A stretch of DNA of 55,338 nucleotides from contig SXWI01000046.1 in assembly GCA_005791465.1 (NCBI GenBank), positions 1 through 55,338 on the forward strand, given 5' to 3'. A program made the position numbers and the translations under genes. This DNA is from Bacteroidota bacterium (GTDB lineage: Bacteria > Bacteroidota > Bacteroidia > Chitinophagales > Chitinophagaceae). Numbering within the stretch: position 1 is the stretch's first letter; each line of letters begins with the position of its first letter. Shown piece by piece: positions 30,950-38,581 of the stretch. Below the pieces are notes generated by a model. The model saw nothing but the letters and a program-made list of their open reading frames with translations, was not told the origin of the DNA and did no database searches.

Positions 30950-31378
30950 TCAGATGCGCCAATAATCAGCTCTCCAATTTACAATAGCTTCTTTTATTTG
31001 CTTCGCCGTCAATTTTTCATTGAGTGCACGTGCAGCTAATGCAGGAAATTCATCATCCGAGGCAAAGCGCAATGCAATTATTTGGCTCATTCTCAAGTTT
31101 TGATTGAGAGCAGAACCGGTCAATCTAAAATGACGAAAGTTTTCCTCACTACGAATTACACGGTCTTGCACTTTCAATGCATAAATACGTAACAAAGCAG
31201 CAGTACTGGCCAATGTCAGACTAATAAAGAATAGTAAGAAACTTTGCCATACTGTATTGGTGTTGCAAAGAAGCATCCACCCACTAGCTAGAACGCCCCC
31301 TATGGCGAGAGGTGCAATAAAATAATGATAGAAGGGATGTAGGCGAGAATGGTTCGTAAAATTTTGAGGAGCTTTCAT
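30950..31378 (-). CDS. DUF6526-like membrane protein
   Basis: QNFTNHSR, YALKVQDRVIRSEE, QIIALRFASDDE, WRADYWR. Confidence 0.7.
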   Translation of the reverse strand: MKAPQNFTNHSRLHPFYHYFIAPLAIGGVLASGWMLLCNTNTVWQSFLLFFISLTLASTAALLRIYALKVQDRVIRSEENFRHFRLTGSALNQNLRMSQIIALRFASDDEFPALAARALNEKLTAKQIKEAIVNWRADYWRI

Positions 31379-31456
31379 GTAGATATTTTCAATTAAGATA
31401 ATTACTAATTGGAAAAAGAGGATTTATTTTTGAATTTTTTATGCTATTTTACATAA

Positions 31457-31954
31457 ATGAACCTACAAAAGCAATTTGCATTATTAATCTGTATTGCAGT
31501 AGCAACAATTTCTTGCAAAAAAAATGAGACTACTCCTGAACAACAAGTTGAAAATGCACTAGACCAATTTGTAGCATCCCTGGTTGCAAATCCACCCACC
31601 AACGCAAATGCATCAGCCCGGGTAAAACAGTATATGCAAACAATTGCGGTTCCCCCTCAATATTTTTACGGCTCGACTTTAACACTACTTGATACTGCTG
31701 GTGTTGCGAAATACAGTCCGTATTGGTATAGGTCCGGTGATAGTTTAATGACACTCGATCTTGCGGCTGACACTTCTTATCATATCAACAGTCAAACTTG
31801 GCTTCGACAGCCTATAGACAATGGTATAGCAATTTGGACAGCTCCCTATTTTGATGCAGGCGGAGGTAATATTTGGATGAAAACAAGATCAGTTCCAGTT
31901 AAAGTAAACGGTAAAATAATTGCCGTAGCCACTACAGATTTACCAACTAAATAG
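31457..31954 (+). CDS. Lipoprotein with a standalone Cache-like sensor domain
   Basis: Lipobox TISC; WTAPYFDAGG..MKTRSVPV..NGKIIAVATTD Cache-type signature. Confidence 0.7.
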   Translation: MNLQKQFALLICIAVATISCKKNETTPEQQVENALDQFVASLVANPPTNANASARVKQYMQTIAVPPQYFYGSTLTLLDTAGVAKYSPYWYRSGDSLMTLDLAADTSYHINSQTWLRQPIDNGIAIWTAPYFDAGGGNIWMKTRSVPVKVNGKIIAVATTDLPTK

Positions 31955-31959
31955 AACAT

Positions 31960-32188
31960 AAAAATCCCGTACTTCGTGCTGGAGTTTTATGTTCGTGCCC
32001 ATTATTGTGTTGTGTTCGCTTCGCTCACACAACACAATAAATTGGTCTTACCCAAAGTCCCACACGGCTTCGCCGTGACGGGCTTTTTACTTGGATGTTT
32101 AGGCAAGCGAGCTTGCCACGCACCAAATAAAAAAGCCATCAACACTTCGTGTTGGGGGCTTTGTGCCCTTTACTGGACTGAGTTCGAA
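31960..32188. repeat. Hairpin module copy 1 (five hairpins plus two tRNA-Leu 3'-end remnants)
   Basis: Direct-repeat homologue of 33481-33703; 32010-32057 matches 33530-33577 at 47/48 nt. Confidence 0.85.
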
Positions 32189-32276
32189 GGGTGTTGTGAG
32201 GGATTTGCGGTCGGTATCAGCCGATTTCTGAAGATTTCATACCTTAACCCTCTATTCACTTTCTAAGAGATATAAA

Positions 32277-33362
32277 ATGCCAACCATAAAGACTGCAACT
32301 CTTAAATCAATTTTTTCCTCGTGCCTCTTTTTGCTAACAACTTTACTAATGCAGGCGCAAGTAGGAATTGGAACAAATAATCCAGCTGCATCTGCGCAAC
32401 TTGATGTAAGTAGCACATCCAAAGGATTTTTACCTCCGAGGATGACTACTGCAAAGCGGAATGCCATTTCAAATCCTGCTAATGGTTTGATTATTTTTAA
32501 TACAAGAATTAATGCACTGGAAGTTTGTATTTCTGGTGCATGGTATCAGTTGACATCTAGTTTGTCAACAGCATCTAATGTAACATCCTACCATTATGTA
32601 CGTAGTGTATCAGGTATTTATTCATTTAATGGTACTGCATGGGCTGCTTTATCCACAAATACGCCAGCTAATTTATCATTAGATCATTATATAGGTCAAA
32701 TTGATGAAAAATCGTATTTTAAAGTTGGTAATGATCTCTACTCCTTTGATGGTACAACATGGACAACTGTATCATCCAATATACCAGTTAATGTAGAAAG
32801 CTCTACTTACCTAGGAGTTGTTTATGGGAAAGCGTATCACAATGTATATAATGGATCGGCATATGGACTTTATTCCTTTGATGGTACAACATGGACAACT
32901 GTATCATCCAATACACCAGCTATGGCATCGAGCTCAAGTTATCTGGGCGTAATTAATGGAAAAGCATATCATCATGTCAGCAATGTGCTTTATCAATTCG
33001 ATGGTACAACATGGACGACTGTATCATCCAATACCCCAGCTATGGCATCGAGCTCAAGTTATCTGGGCATAATAAATGGCAAAGCATATCACAATATTAG
33101 TGGCTCTCAACTTTATGATTTTAATGGTACCACCTGGACACCTGTAACACCGAATATATCACTCAATGCAGGAATCAGGAATTATCTGGGCATAATAAAT
33201 GGCAAAGCATACCATTATGTTTATGATGGATCAACATCATCATATAAACTTTATTCCTTTGATGGAAGCTCATGGGTAAATTTATCTTCAATTATTAACC
33301 CAAGCGGATCTTTTGGAGGATGGCTAACAATGACGGCTTCGAGTCTTATTGCCGAATTCTAA
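32277..33362 (+). CDS. Secreted protein: QVGIGT/KGFLPPRM N-module plus six ~40-46 aa repeats (probable beta-propeller)
   Basis: Signal peptide; QVGIGTNNP..LDVSSTSKGFLPPRMTT; repeats LYxFDGTTWTTVSSN..YLGxINGKAYH. Confidence 0.85.
   Translation: MPTIKTATLKSIFSSCLFLLTTLLMQAQVGIGTNNPAASAQLDVSSTSKGFLPPRMTTAKRNAISNPANGLIIFNTRINALEVCISGAWYQLTSSLSTASNVTSYHYVRSVSGIYSFNGTAWAALSTNTPANLSLDHYIGQIDEKSYFKVGNDLYSFDGTTWTTVSSNIPVNVESSTYLGVVYGKAYHNVYNGSAYGLYSFDGTTWTTVSSNTPAMASSSSYLGVINGKAYHHVSNVLYQFDGTTWTTVSSNTPAMASSSSYLGIINGKAYHNISGSQLYDFNGTTWTPVTPNISLNAGIRNYLGIINGKAYHYVYDGSTSSYKLYSFDGSSWVNLSSIINPSGSFGGWLTMTASSLIAEF
32615..33290 (+). repeat. Intragenic tandem repeats, period about 120-138 bp
   Basis: 32881-32971 vs 33001-33091 differ at 5 of 91 nt. 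Confidence 0.85.
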
Positions 33363-33480
33363 AATTTAATAAATCCTCTACTTATCTATAAGAGGGCATC
33401 ATATGCATGTATTGGTGTATTTTGTTGACTATGTATATTTCCTGTCCGCTTGAGCGTGCATGTACTAATAGCTATTAAAT

Positions 33481-33703
33481 AAAAAGTCCAGTACTTCGTG
33501 CCGAACTTTTTATTCGTGCCCAGGACTGATTGTGTTCGCTTTGCTCACACAACACAATAAATTGGTCTTACCCAAAGCCTTTCCCACGCCTTCGGCGTGG
33601 GCGGTCGTTTTCCCTTGTTCGCTTTTGAAAGCAAGCTTTCAACGTTCACAATGAAAAACGCCCCTCCAACTTCGTTGGAAAGGCGTTCGTGCCCAAGACT
33701 GGA
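33481..33703. repeat. Hairpin module copy 2, running into the tRNA 3' end
   Basis: Same hairpin order as copy 1; the last hairpin (33657-33687) is also a plausible terminator for the tRNA. Confidence 0.85.
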
Positions 33704-33773
33704 TTCGAACCAGCACGCCGTTTCCAGCGCTCCCACCGCAAGGTAGTGCGTCTACCAATTTCGCCACCTGGGC
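33690..33773 (-). tRNA. tRNA with Leu(GAG)-type body but GCG (Arg) anticodon and an A29.G41 stem mismatch
   Basis: GCCCAGG TG GCGAAATTGGTAGACGC A CTACC TTGCGGT GGGAG CGCTGGAAACGGCGT GCTGG TTCGAAT CCAGT CTTGGGC A; long variable arm, A73. Confidence 0.9.
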
Positions 33774-33796
33774 CCACTCCTTTAGAAAAGGGGATG

Positions 33797-33804
33797 CAAA
33801 TATA
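33797..33804 (-). promoter_or_regulatory. -7 promoter box for the tRNA
   Basis: TATATTTG on the minus strand. Confidence 0.65.
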
Positions 33805-33809
33805 AGAAA

Positions 33810-34961
33810 CTATTTTGGCAGGGTTATAGCGAACGTAGTTCCTTTACCTACCTCGGATTGCTTAACAAAAAGCTTTCCGTTGTGAAACTGTTCAACAATT
33901 CTTTTTGATAAAGTGAGGCCCAACCCCCAGCCTCTTTTCTTGGTGGTAAACCCAGGATTGAAAACTTGAGAAATTTCATTCTTTGGAATTCCTTTCCCCG
34001 TATCAGCAATTTCGATTTGTATCGTTCGAACGTCTTCGGTGATTGAAACAGAAACAGCTCCCCCACCATTCAAGGCATCTAATGCATTTTTCAGCAGGTT
34101 CTCAATTACCCAATTGAACAAGGGTGGTGACAATTGTACATACAACGGCTGGCTTACCGGTACCTGCATTGAAAATTGCACGCCAGCACCCGCTCTCTTC
34201 TTCATGTAATCCACCATCTCCTGAATCTGAGTAACCAACTCCGTTTTTTCCAATTGCGGCTTACTTCCAATTTTTCCAAATCGATCAGAGACCAATTGCA
34301 AACGGCGCACATCTTTTTCCAACTCAGGTATGATCTTTTCTGTTCCGGGTATATCGCGCAGCATTTCCAACCATCCCTCTAAAGAGGAAACTGGAGTTCC
34401 TAGCTGATGAGCGGTCTCTTTAGCCATACCCGCCCATACTTGATTTTGAGAGGAGAGATAACTGCTACGAAGAGAAATTAGAATAAGCGCAATGAATAAA
34501 GCAACTATACAAAGTTGTAAGATTGGAAAATAGCGAACCTGATTGAGTAATGAAGATTCCCCGTAGTAATAACGATTTTGCCTTGAGGATACAAGAGGAT
34601 CAGTCCAGATAACAGGAGGATGCTGTTCTTTAAATAGCTGCAACTGCTTGGACAAAAAACTAGCATTAGCAGCAACCTTTGCCGTATCCAAATTGATATA
34701 ATTCAGAATACTATCCCTTTCATTGGTTTCAATAATCGGAATAGTTTTGTTCTCGGTTAGAATACGTGTGGCAAAAAGAATTTCCGCATCCACAGGAGCA
34801 CGAATTAGAAACTGTGAAGCCTCTGCCCATTGTTCCACCACCTGTCGCTCTCGGATGGCAATTTTTTTTGCCAAAAACTGAGAATAGAAGATAGTGCCCG
34901 ATACAATCAGAATCGCTAATAGCGCCACTAAGTTTTTCCAATGCAAAAAAGCACGAAGCAT
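33810..34961 (-). CDS. Sensor histidine kinase
   Basis: Two TMs; H-box ETAHQLGTP; N-box ENLLKNALDA; DTGKG; GWGLGL. Confidence 0.93.
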   Translation of the reverse strand: MLRAFLHWKNLVALLAILIVSGTIFYSQFLAKKIAIRERQVVEQWAEASQFLIRAPVDAEILFATRILTENKTIPIIETNERDSILNYINLDTAKVAANASFLSKQLQLFKEQHPPVIWTDPLVSSRQNRYYYGESSLLNQVRYFPILQLCIVALFIALILISLRSSYLSSQNQVWAGMAKETAHQLGTPVSSLEGWLEMLRDIPGTEKIIPELEKDVRRLQLVSDRFGKIGSKPQLEKTELVTQIQEMVDYMKKRAGAGVQFSMQVPVSQPLYVQLSPPLFNWVIENLLKNALDALNGGGAVSVSITEDVRTIQIEIADTGKGIPKNEISQVFNPGFTTKKRGWGLGLTLSKRIVEQFHNGKLFVKQSEVGKGTTFAITLPK

Positions 34962-35018
34962 GCATCGAATTTAAGAGGATTAACAGGCTTACCCTAATTT
35001 TGCTTCATTAATTTAACC

Positions 35019-36047
35019 ATGCCCCACCCGCGCGTTGCTGTTGTAATCCTGAATTGGAATGGAAAAGCCTTACTGGAACAATTCTTGCCTTTCTTAGAAA
35101 AATCTAGTTATCCAAATCTGGAATTAATTGTTGCCGACAATGGCTCTAGCGATAATTCTGTTTCTTTTCTACAACAGCATTATCCACAAATCAAAATAAT
35201 AAAGCTCTCCCAAAACATAGGGTATGCTGGGGGATACAATGCAGCTTTGCAAGAAGTAGGGGCTAGTTATTATATCTTATTGAATTCTGACGTGGAAGTA
35301 AGTACAGACTGGATTGAGCCCATGGTGGACCTCATGGAGTCCAATTCCACTATTGCAGCTTGTCAGCCCAAATTGCTTTCCTATCATCATAAAAATCAAT
35401 TTGAATATGCAGGTGCCTGCGGTGGATGGATTGACAGCTTTGGCTACCCCTTTGCAAGAGGACGTGTGCTAGAGGATTGCGAAACAGATCACGGACAATA
35501 CAATACACCCGCTCCCATTTTCTGGGCCAGTGGTGCAGCATTCTGCATTCGAGCCCGTGTATTTCATGAAATGAATGGATTTGATGCAAGCTTTTTTGCG
35601 CACCAAGAGGAGATCGATCTTTGTTGGCGACTTCAGCGGAGAGGATATCAAATTTACGCCTGCCCCAAATCAATTGTTTGGCATGTTGGCGGTAGTACCC
35701 TCCCCAAGGGTAATTCACAGAAAACATTCCTTAATTATCGGAACAATTTGTGGATGCTAGCCAAGAACCTCCCCTTTACTACATTGTGTTGGGTTTTACC
35801 TATACGCTTTGCACTTGATGCATTGGCAGCTTATAAAGCTCTTTTTAGTGGAGATCCAGGCTACTGGTGGGCAGTCGCAAAATCTCATTTTGCCTTGATC
35901 AAAAAATTGTTTTCATGCATTGGCAACGCTAGCAATAAAGACCCCAAAACCAACAAACTTTCCGGACGCTATAATGGTTCGATTCTCTTGGACTATTTCA
36001 TAAAAGGCAAAAAAACTTTCCTTGAGATCACAAGCACTAACGCTTGA
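35019..36047 (+). CDS. Glycosyltransferase family 2 (rhamnosyltransferase-like)
   Basis: VVILNWNG, DNGSSD, LLNSDVE, WASGA, EEIDLCWR, HVGG. Confidence 0.9.
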   Translation: MPHPRVAVVILNWNGKALLEQFLPFLEKSSYPNLELIVADNGSSDNSVSFLQQHYPQIKIIKLSQNIGYAGGYNAALQEVGASYYILLNSDVEVSTDWIEPMVDLMESNSTIAACQPKLLSYHHKNQFEYAGACGGWIDSFGYPFARGRVLEDCETDHGQYNTPAPIFWASGAAFCIRARVFHEMNGFDASFFAHQEEIDLCWRLQRRGYQIYACPKSIVWHVGGSTLPKGNSQKTFLNYRNNLWMLAKNLPFTTLCWVLPIRFALDALAAYKALFSGDPGYWWAVAKSHFALIKKLFSCIGNASNKDPKTNKLSGRYNGSILLDYFIKGKKTFLEITSTNA

Positions 36048-36092
36048 TTTTTTAATTTTTTTCACCTTATTTTTGCACCACAATTTTTTGAA

Positions 36093-36311
36093 ATGAACGC
36101 ACAACAGGAATATCAGCAGGAACTTGAAAAAATTCAGCAATCCGATTTTAAACACAACTGGGTTTCCTCTTCAGGTTTTCTATTTTACTTACAAGTTGGA
36201 TGCCTCATCGCCTTTATGTTTGGAGCTTGTTCCATGCTCTACACGAAGCGCTACGAGAAAATTGACGTTCCGGTGCAGGAAAGCACCCTGTATACCCCCA
36301 AGTACAAATAA
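36093..36311 (+). CDS. Small hypothetical membrane protein
   Basis: ATG start, one TM, preceded by TATTTTTG box at 36068-36075. Confidence 0.65.
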   Translation: MNAQQEYQQELEKIQQSDFKHNWVSSSGFLFYLQVGCLIAFMFGACSMLYTKRYEKIDVPVQESTLYTPKYK

Positions 36312-36343
36312 CAAAAGGGCTTTTTTAAAATCGGACAAACCCC

Positions 36344-36351
36344 TAATTTTG
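36344..36351 (+). promoter_or_regulatory. -7 promoter box for tRNA-Gly/Leu
   Basis: TAATTTTG, followed by leader hairpin TTGCC-GAAA-GGCAA. Confidence 0.6.
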
Positions 36352-36387
36352 TCCTCCCGTTGCCGAAAGGCAACTAGTTCTTTATCC

Positions 36388-36462
<75 letters not shown>

Positions 36463-36463
<1 letters not shown>

Positions 36464-36498
36464 AAAAATCCTCTCTTAACCAAGAGGGGATTTTTTTT
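36463..36498 (+). terminator. Hairpin/terminator between tRNA-Gly and tRNA-Leu
   Basis: AAAAAATCCTCTCTT-aacc-AAGAGGGGATTTTTTTT. Confidence 0.65.
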
Positions 36499-36506
36499 AC
36501 CACGAA

Positions 36507-36592
36507 GCCCTGGTGGTGAAATTGGTAGACACGCAGGACTTAAAATCCTGTGGCCAGCAATGGCCGTATCGGTTCAACTCCGATCCGGGGCA
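36507..36592 (+). tRNA. tRNA-Leu(TAA)
   Basis: GCCCTGG...CAGGA CTTAAAA TCCTG, long variable arm, ...CCGGGGC A. Confidence 0.96.
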
Positions 36593-36594
36593 CG

Positions 36595-36623
36595 AAGCCC
36601 TCCTGGTACCAGGAGGGCTTTTT
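36595..36623 (+). terminator. Intrinsic terminator
   Basis: Perfect 26-bp palindrome AAGCCCTCCTGGTACCAGGAGGGCTT followed by Ts. Confidence 0.8.
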
Positions 36624-36694
36624 AATTTCCAATACCCCCTATTCGATTCCGAAAAAAGAGCGGCTTCCCTCGTAAATTTGATCAAACACCACCC

Positions 36695-37888
36695 ATGTCG
36701 ATAGAAATTACCTGTCCAAAATGTGGCCATCCATTTGCGCCGGAGGCTGTGATCCGCGAGGAAATAGAAAAAGAAGTTAGAAATGAAGCGGCAGATTGGA
36801 AGAAGAAAAAAAATGAAGAATACCTGCAAAAATTAGAGGAGGAGAAAAAACGCATTGAAGAAATTGCCGCCCAAAAAACCAGAGAGCATATTGAATCCGA
36901 ATACAAGAACAAACTCACACACTTGCAAGAGACCAATAAGTCTTATGAGGATAAATTGAAAGAAGCCCGTCAGCAGCAACTAGAATTTCTAAAGAAGGAA
37001 CAGGAATTAAAAGACAAAGAGCAAGAACTGGAAATAAATGTTCAGAAAAAATTGCAAGAAGAAAGAGAAAAGCTTTCAATTGATTTAAGAAAACTAGAAG
37101 ATCAACGACTTGCTGCAAAAGAAACCGAATACCAATTACGGTTGAAAGAGATGGAAGAAAAATTGGAAGCCCAACGAAAACTAGCAGAAGAGATGAAACG
37201 CAAAGTGGAGCAGGGAAGTATGCAATCACAGGGTGAAGCACAAGAATTGTTATTGGAAGAATTGATACGCACTGCCTTCCCCTTTGACTTAGTTGAAGAA
37301 GTGGGAAAAGGAGTAAGAGGAGCTGACTGCATACAAACGGTTCGTGATAAAATGGGGCAACCTTGCGGGCGAATCATTTTCGAGAGTAAAAGAACCAAAG
37401 AGTTTTCACCAGAATGGATTGAAAAATTGAAAGCTGATCGCATTTCACAAAGTGCAGATCTGGCTGTGTTGGTTACGCAAGCATTCCCAAAAGACATGCA
37501 GCAATTTGGAGAACGTGAAGGAGTATGGATCTGCTCCTTTGCTGAAGTAAAACCTATCATTCAAATTCTGCGTGACCTACTGATAAAACTGAATCAACAA
37601 TCGCGCAATCAGGAAAACAAGGGAGACAAAATGCAACTACTGTATGACTACCTGGTCAGTGGTGAGTTTTCTGCACAGTGGCAAGCAATTCGGGAGGGAT
37701 TCATGAACATGAAAATCTCTATTCAAAAAGAGCGAGATGCCATGGAAAAACTGTGGAAGTCCCGGGAAAAGCAATTGGAAAAAGTCTTGTTGAATGCGGC
37801 TCATATTCGGGGATCCATCGAAGGCATTGCTGGCGCCGAAGTGAACCTGAATTTATTGGAGGACGGCCCCCTGGACACTGACGAATAA
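36695..37888 (+). CDS. DUF2130 coiled-coil protein
   Basis: ITCPKCG; long coiled coil; QGSMQSQGEAQE, GADC, IIFESKRTKEF..WIEKLK. Confidence 0.85.
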   Translation: MSIEITCPKCGHPFAPEAVIREEIEKEVRNEAADWKKKKNEEYLQKLEEEKKRIEEIAAQKTREHIESEYKNKLTHLQETNKSYEDKLKEARQQQLEFLKKEQELKDKEQELEINVQKKLQEEREKLSIDLRKLEDQRLAAKETEYQLRLKEMEEKLEAQRKLAEEMKRKVEQGSMQSQGEAQELLLEELIRTAFPFDLVEEVGKGVRGADCIQTVRDKMGQPCGRIIFESKRTKEFSPEWIEKLKADRISQSADLAVLVTQAFPKDMQQFGEREGVWICSFAEVKPIIQILRDLLIKLNQQSRNQENKGDKMQLLYDYLVSGEFSAQWQAIREGFMNMKISIQKERDAMEKLWKSREKQLEKVLLNAAHIRGSIEGIAGAEVNLNLLEDGPLDTDE

Positions 37889-37891
37889 AAA

Positions 37892-38530
37892 TCAGGCGTG
37901 TACCCAGGTAAGTACATGAGAATCCCAACATTTGTACCCCACACGCAGAGGCTCTTCCTGAAAAGCTGTTTCAAAAAGTAGCTGTGAGACCTCAGGTAAG
38001 ACCGATTTCAATTTCAGATCCCGAATAAAATCGACTCCAGATTCGCCCTGCCATTTGTACAATGATTCTTTTGCAGACCAGCATAGTGTAAGCCATTGGG
38101 CCGCCACCTCTGTTTCTTGTAGTGTTTCCAATTTTATTGTAGTCTGCAAACATTCTTGTTCCTGATCGCTTAAAAATTTATGACGAATACGAAATATGCG
38201 TTCGCCCACCCCTTCTACATCAACACCAACACGGCTCTTCGGAGAAATAATGGCTGCTGCAAAATCTGTGGTATGTGAAAAGGAGACATGCTGAGGACCT
38301 CCTTCCAGATATGGCTTTCCGGATGGACTTAAAACAAGTTGGGCTAATGGAAATTGGGGGAATAAGGCAAGTAAGGTTGCACGAGCTGCCAAATGCTGCT
38401 TTTTGACTTCCTCATGGGGTATATGACGAACAGGATCGATGTATTGTTCAAAAAAAGACAGTGATTCGGTTATTTCCCACAAGGCCAATTTAGCCCCGGC
38501 TGAAAGCTGTTGTTGAAAAATAATCGGCAT
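37892..38530 (-). CDS. 4'-phosphopantetheinyl transferase
   Basis: GKPYL, SFSHT, VGVDVE, WSAKESLYK; ATG at 38530. Confidence 0.88.
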   Translation of the reverse strand: MPIIFQQQLSAGAKLALWEITESLSFFEQYIDPVRHIPHEEVKKQHLAARATLLALFPQFPLAQLVLSPSGKPYLEGGPQHVSFSHTTDFAAAIISPKSRVGVDVEGVGERIFRIRHKFLSDQEQECLQTTIKLETLQETEVAAQWLTLCWSAKESLYKWQGESGVDFIRDLKLKSVLPEVSQLLFETAFQEEPLRVGYKCWDSHVLTWVHA

Positions 38531-38581
38531 AATAGAGCGATTCCTGATTAATTTGCCGCAAATCAAAACGAATATACGATT

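Larger units (their letters stand above)
31960..33703. mobile_element. Integrase-free genomic islet at the tRNA-Leu 3' end
   Basis: One cargo gene between duplicated modules that carry displaced tRNA 3' fragments. Confidence 0.65.

Noticed and set aside
31976-32266. 96-aa ORF (and the 63-aa ORF at 33545-33736)
   Set aside because: They overlie the hairpin modules and the tRNA and show no protein-like motifs; probably spurious
32881-33091. DGR template/variable repeat pair
   Set aside because: Both copies are in-frame coding repeats; adenine differences fall on both copies and are mostly synonymous; no reverse transcriptase in the window
33466-33477. Palindrome TAATAGCTATTA beside module copy 2
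   Set aside because: AT-rich 12-mer with no counterpart at copy 1; could be chance
31960-33703. CRISPR array or classical attC sites
   Set aside because: Only two long modules, no regular repeat-spacer period, no cas genes, and no clear RYYYAAC...GTTRRRY boxes bounding the hairpins
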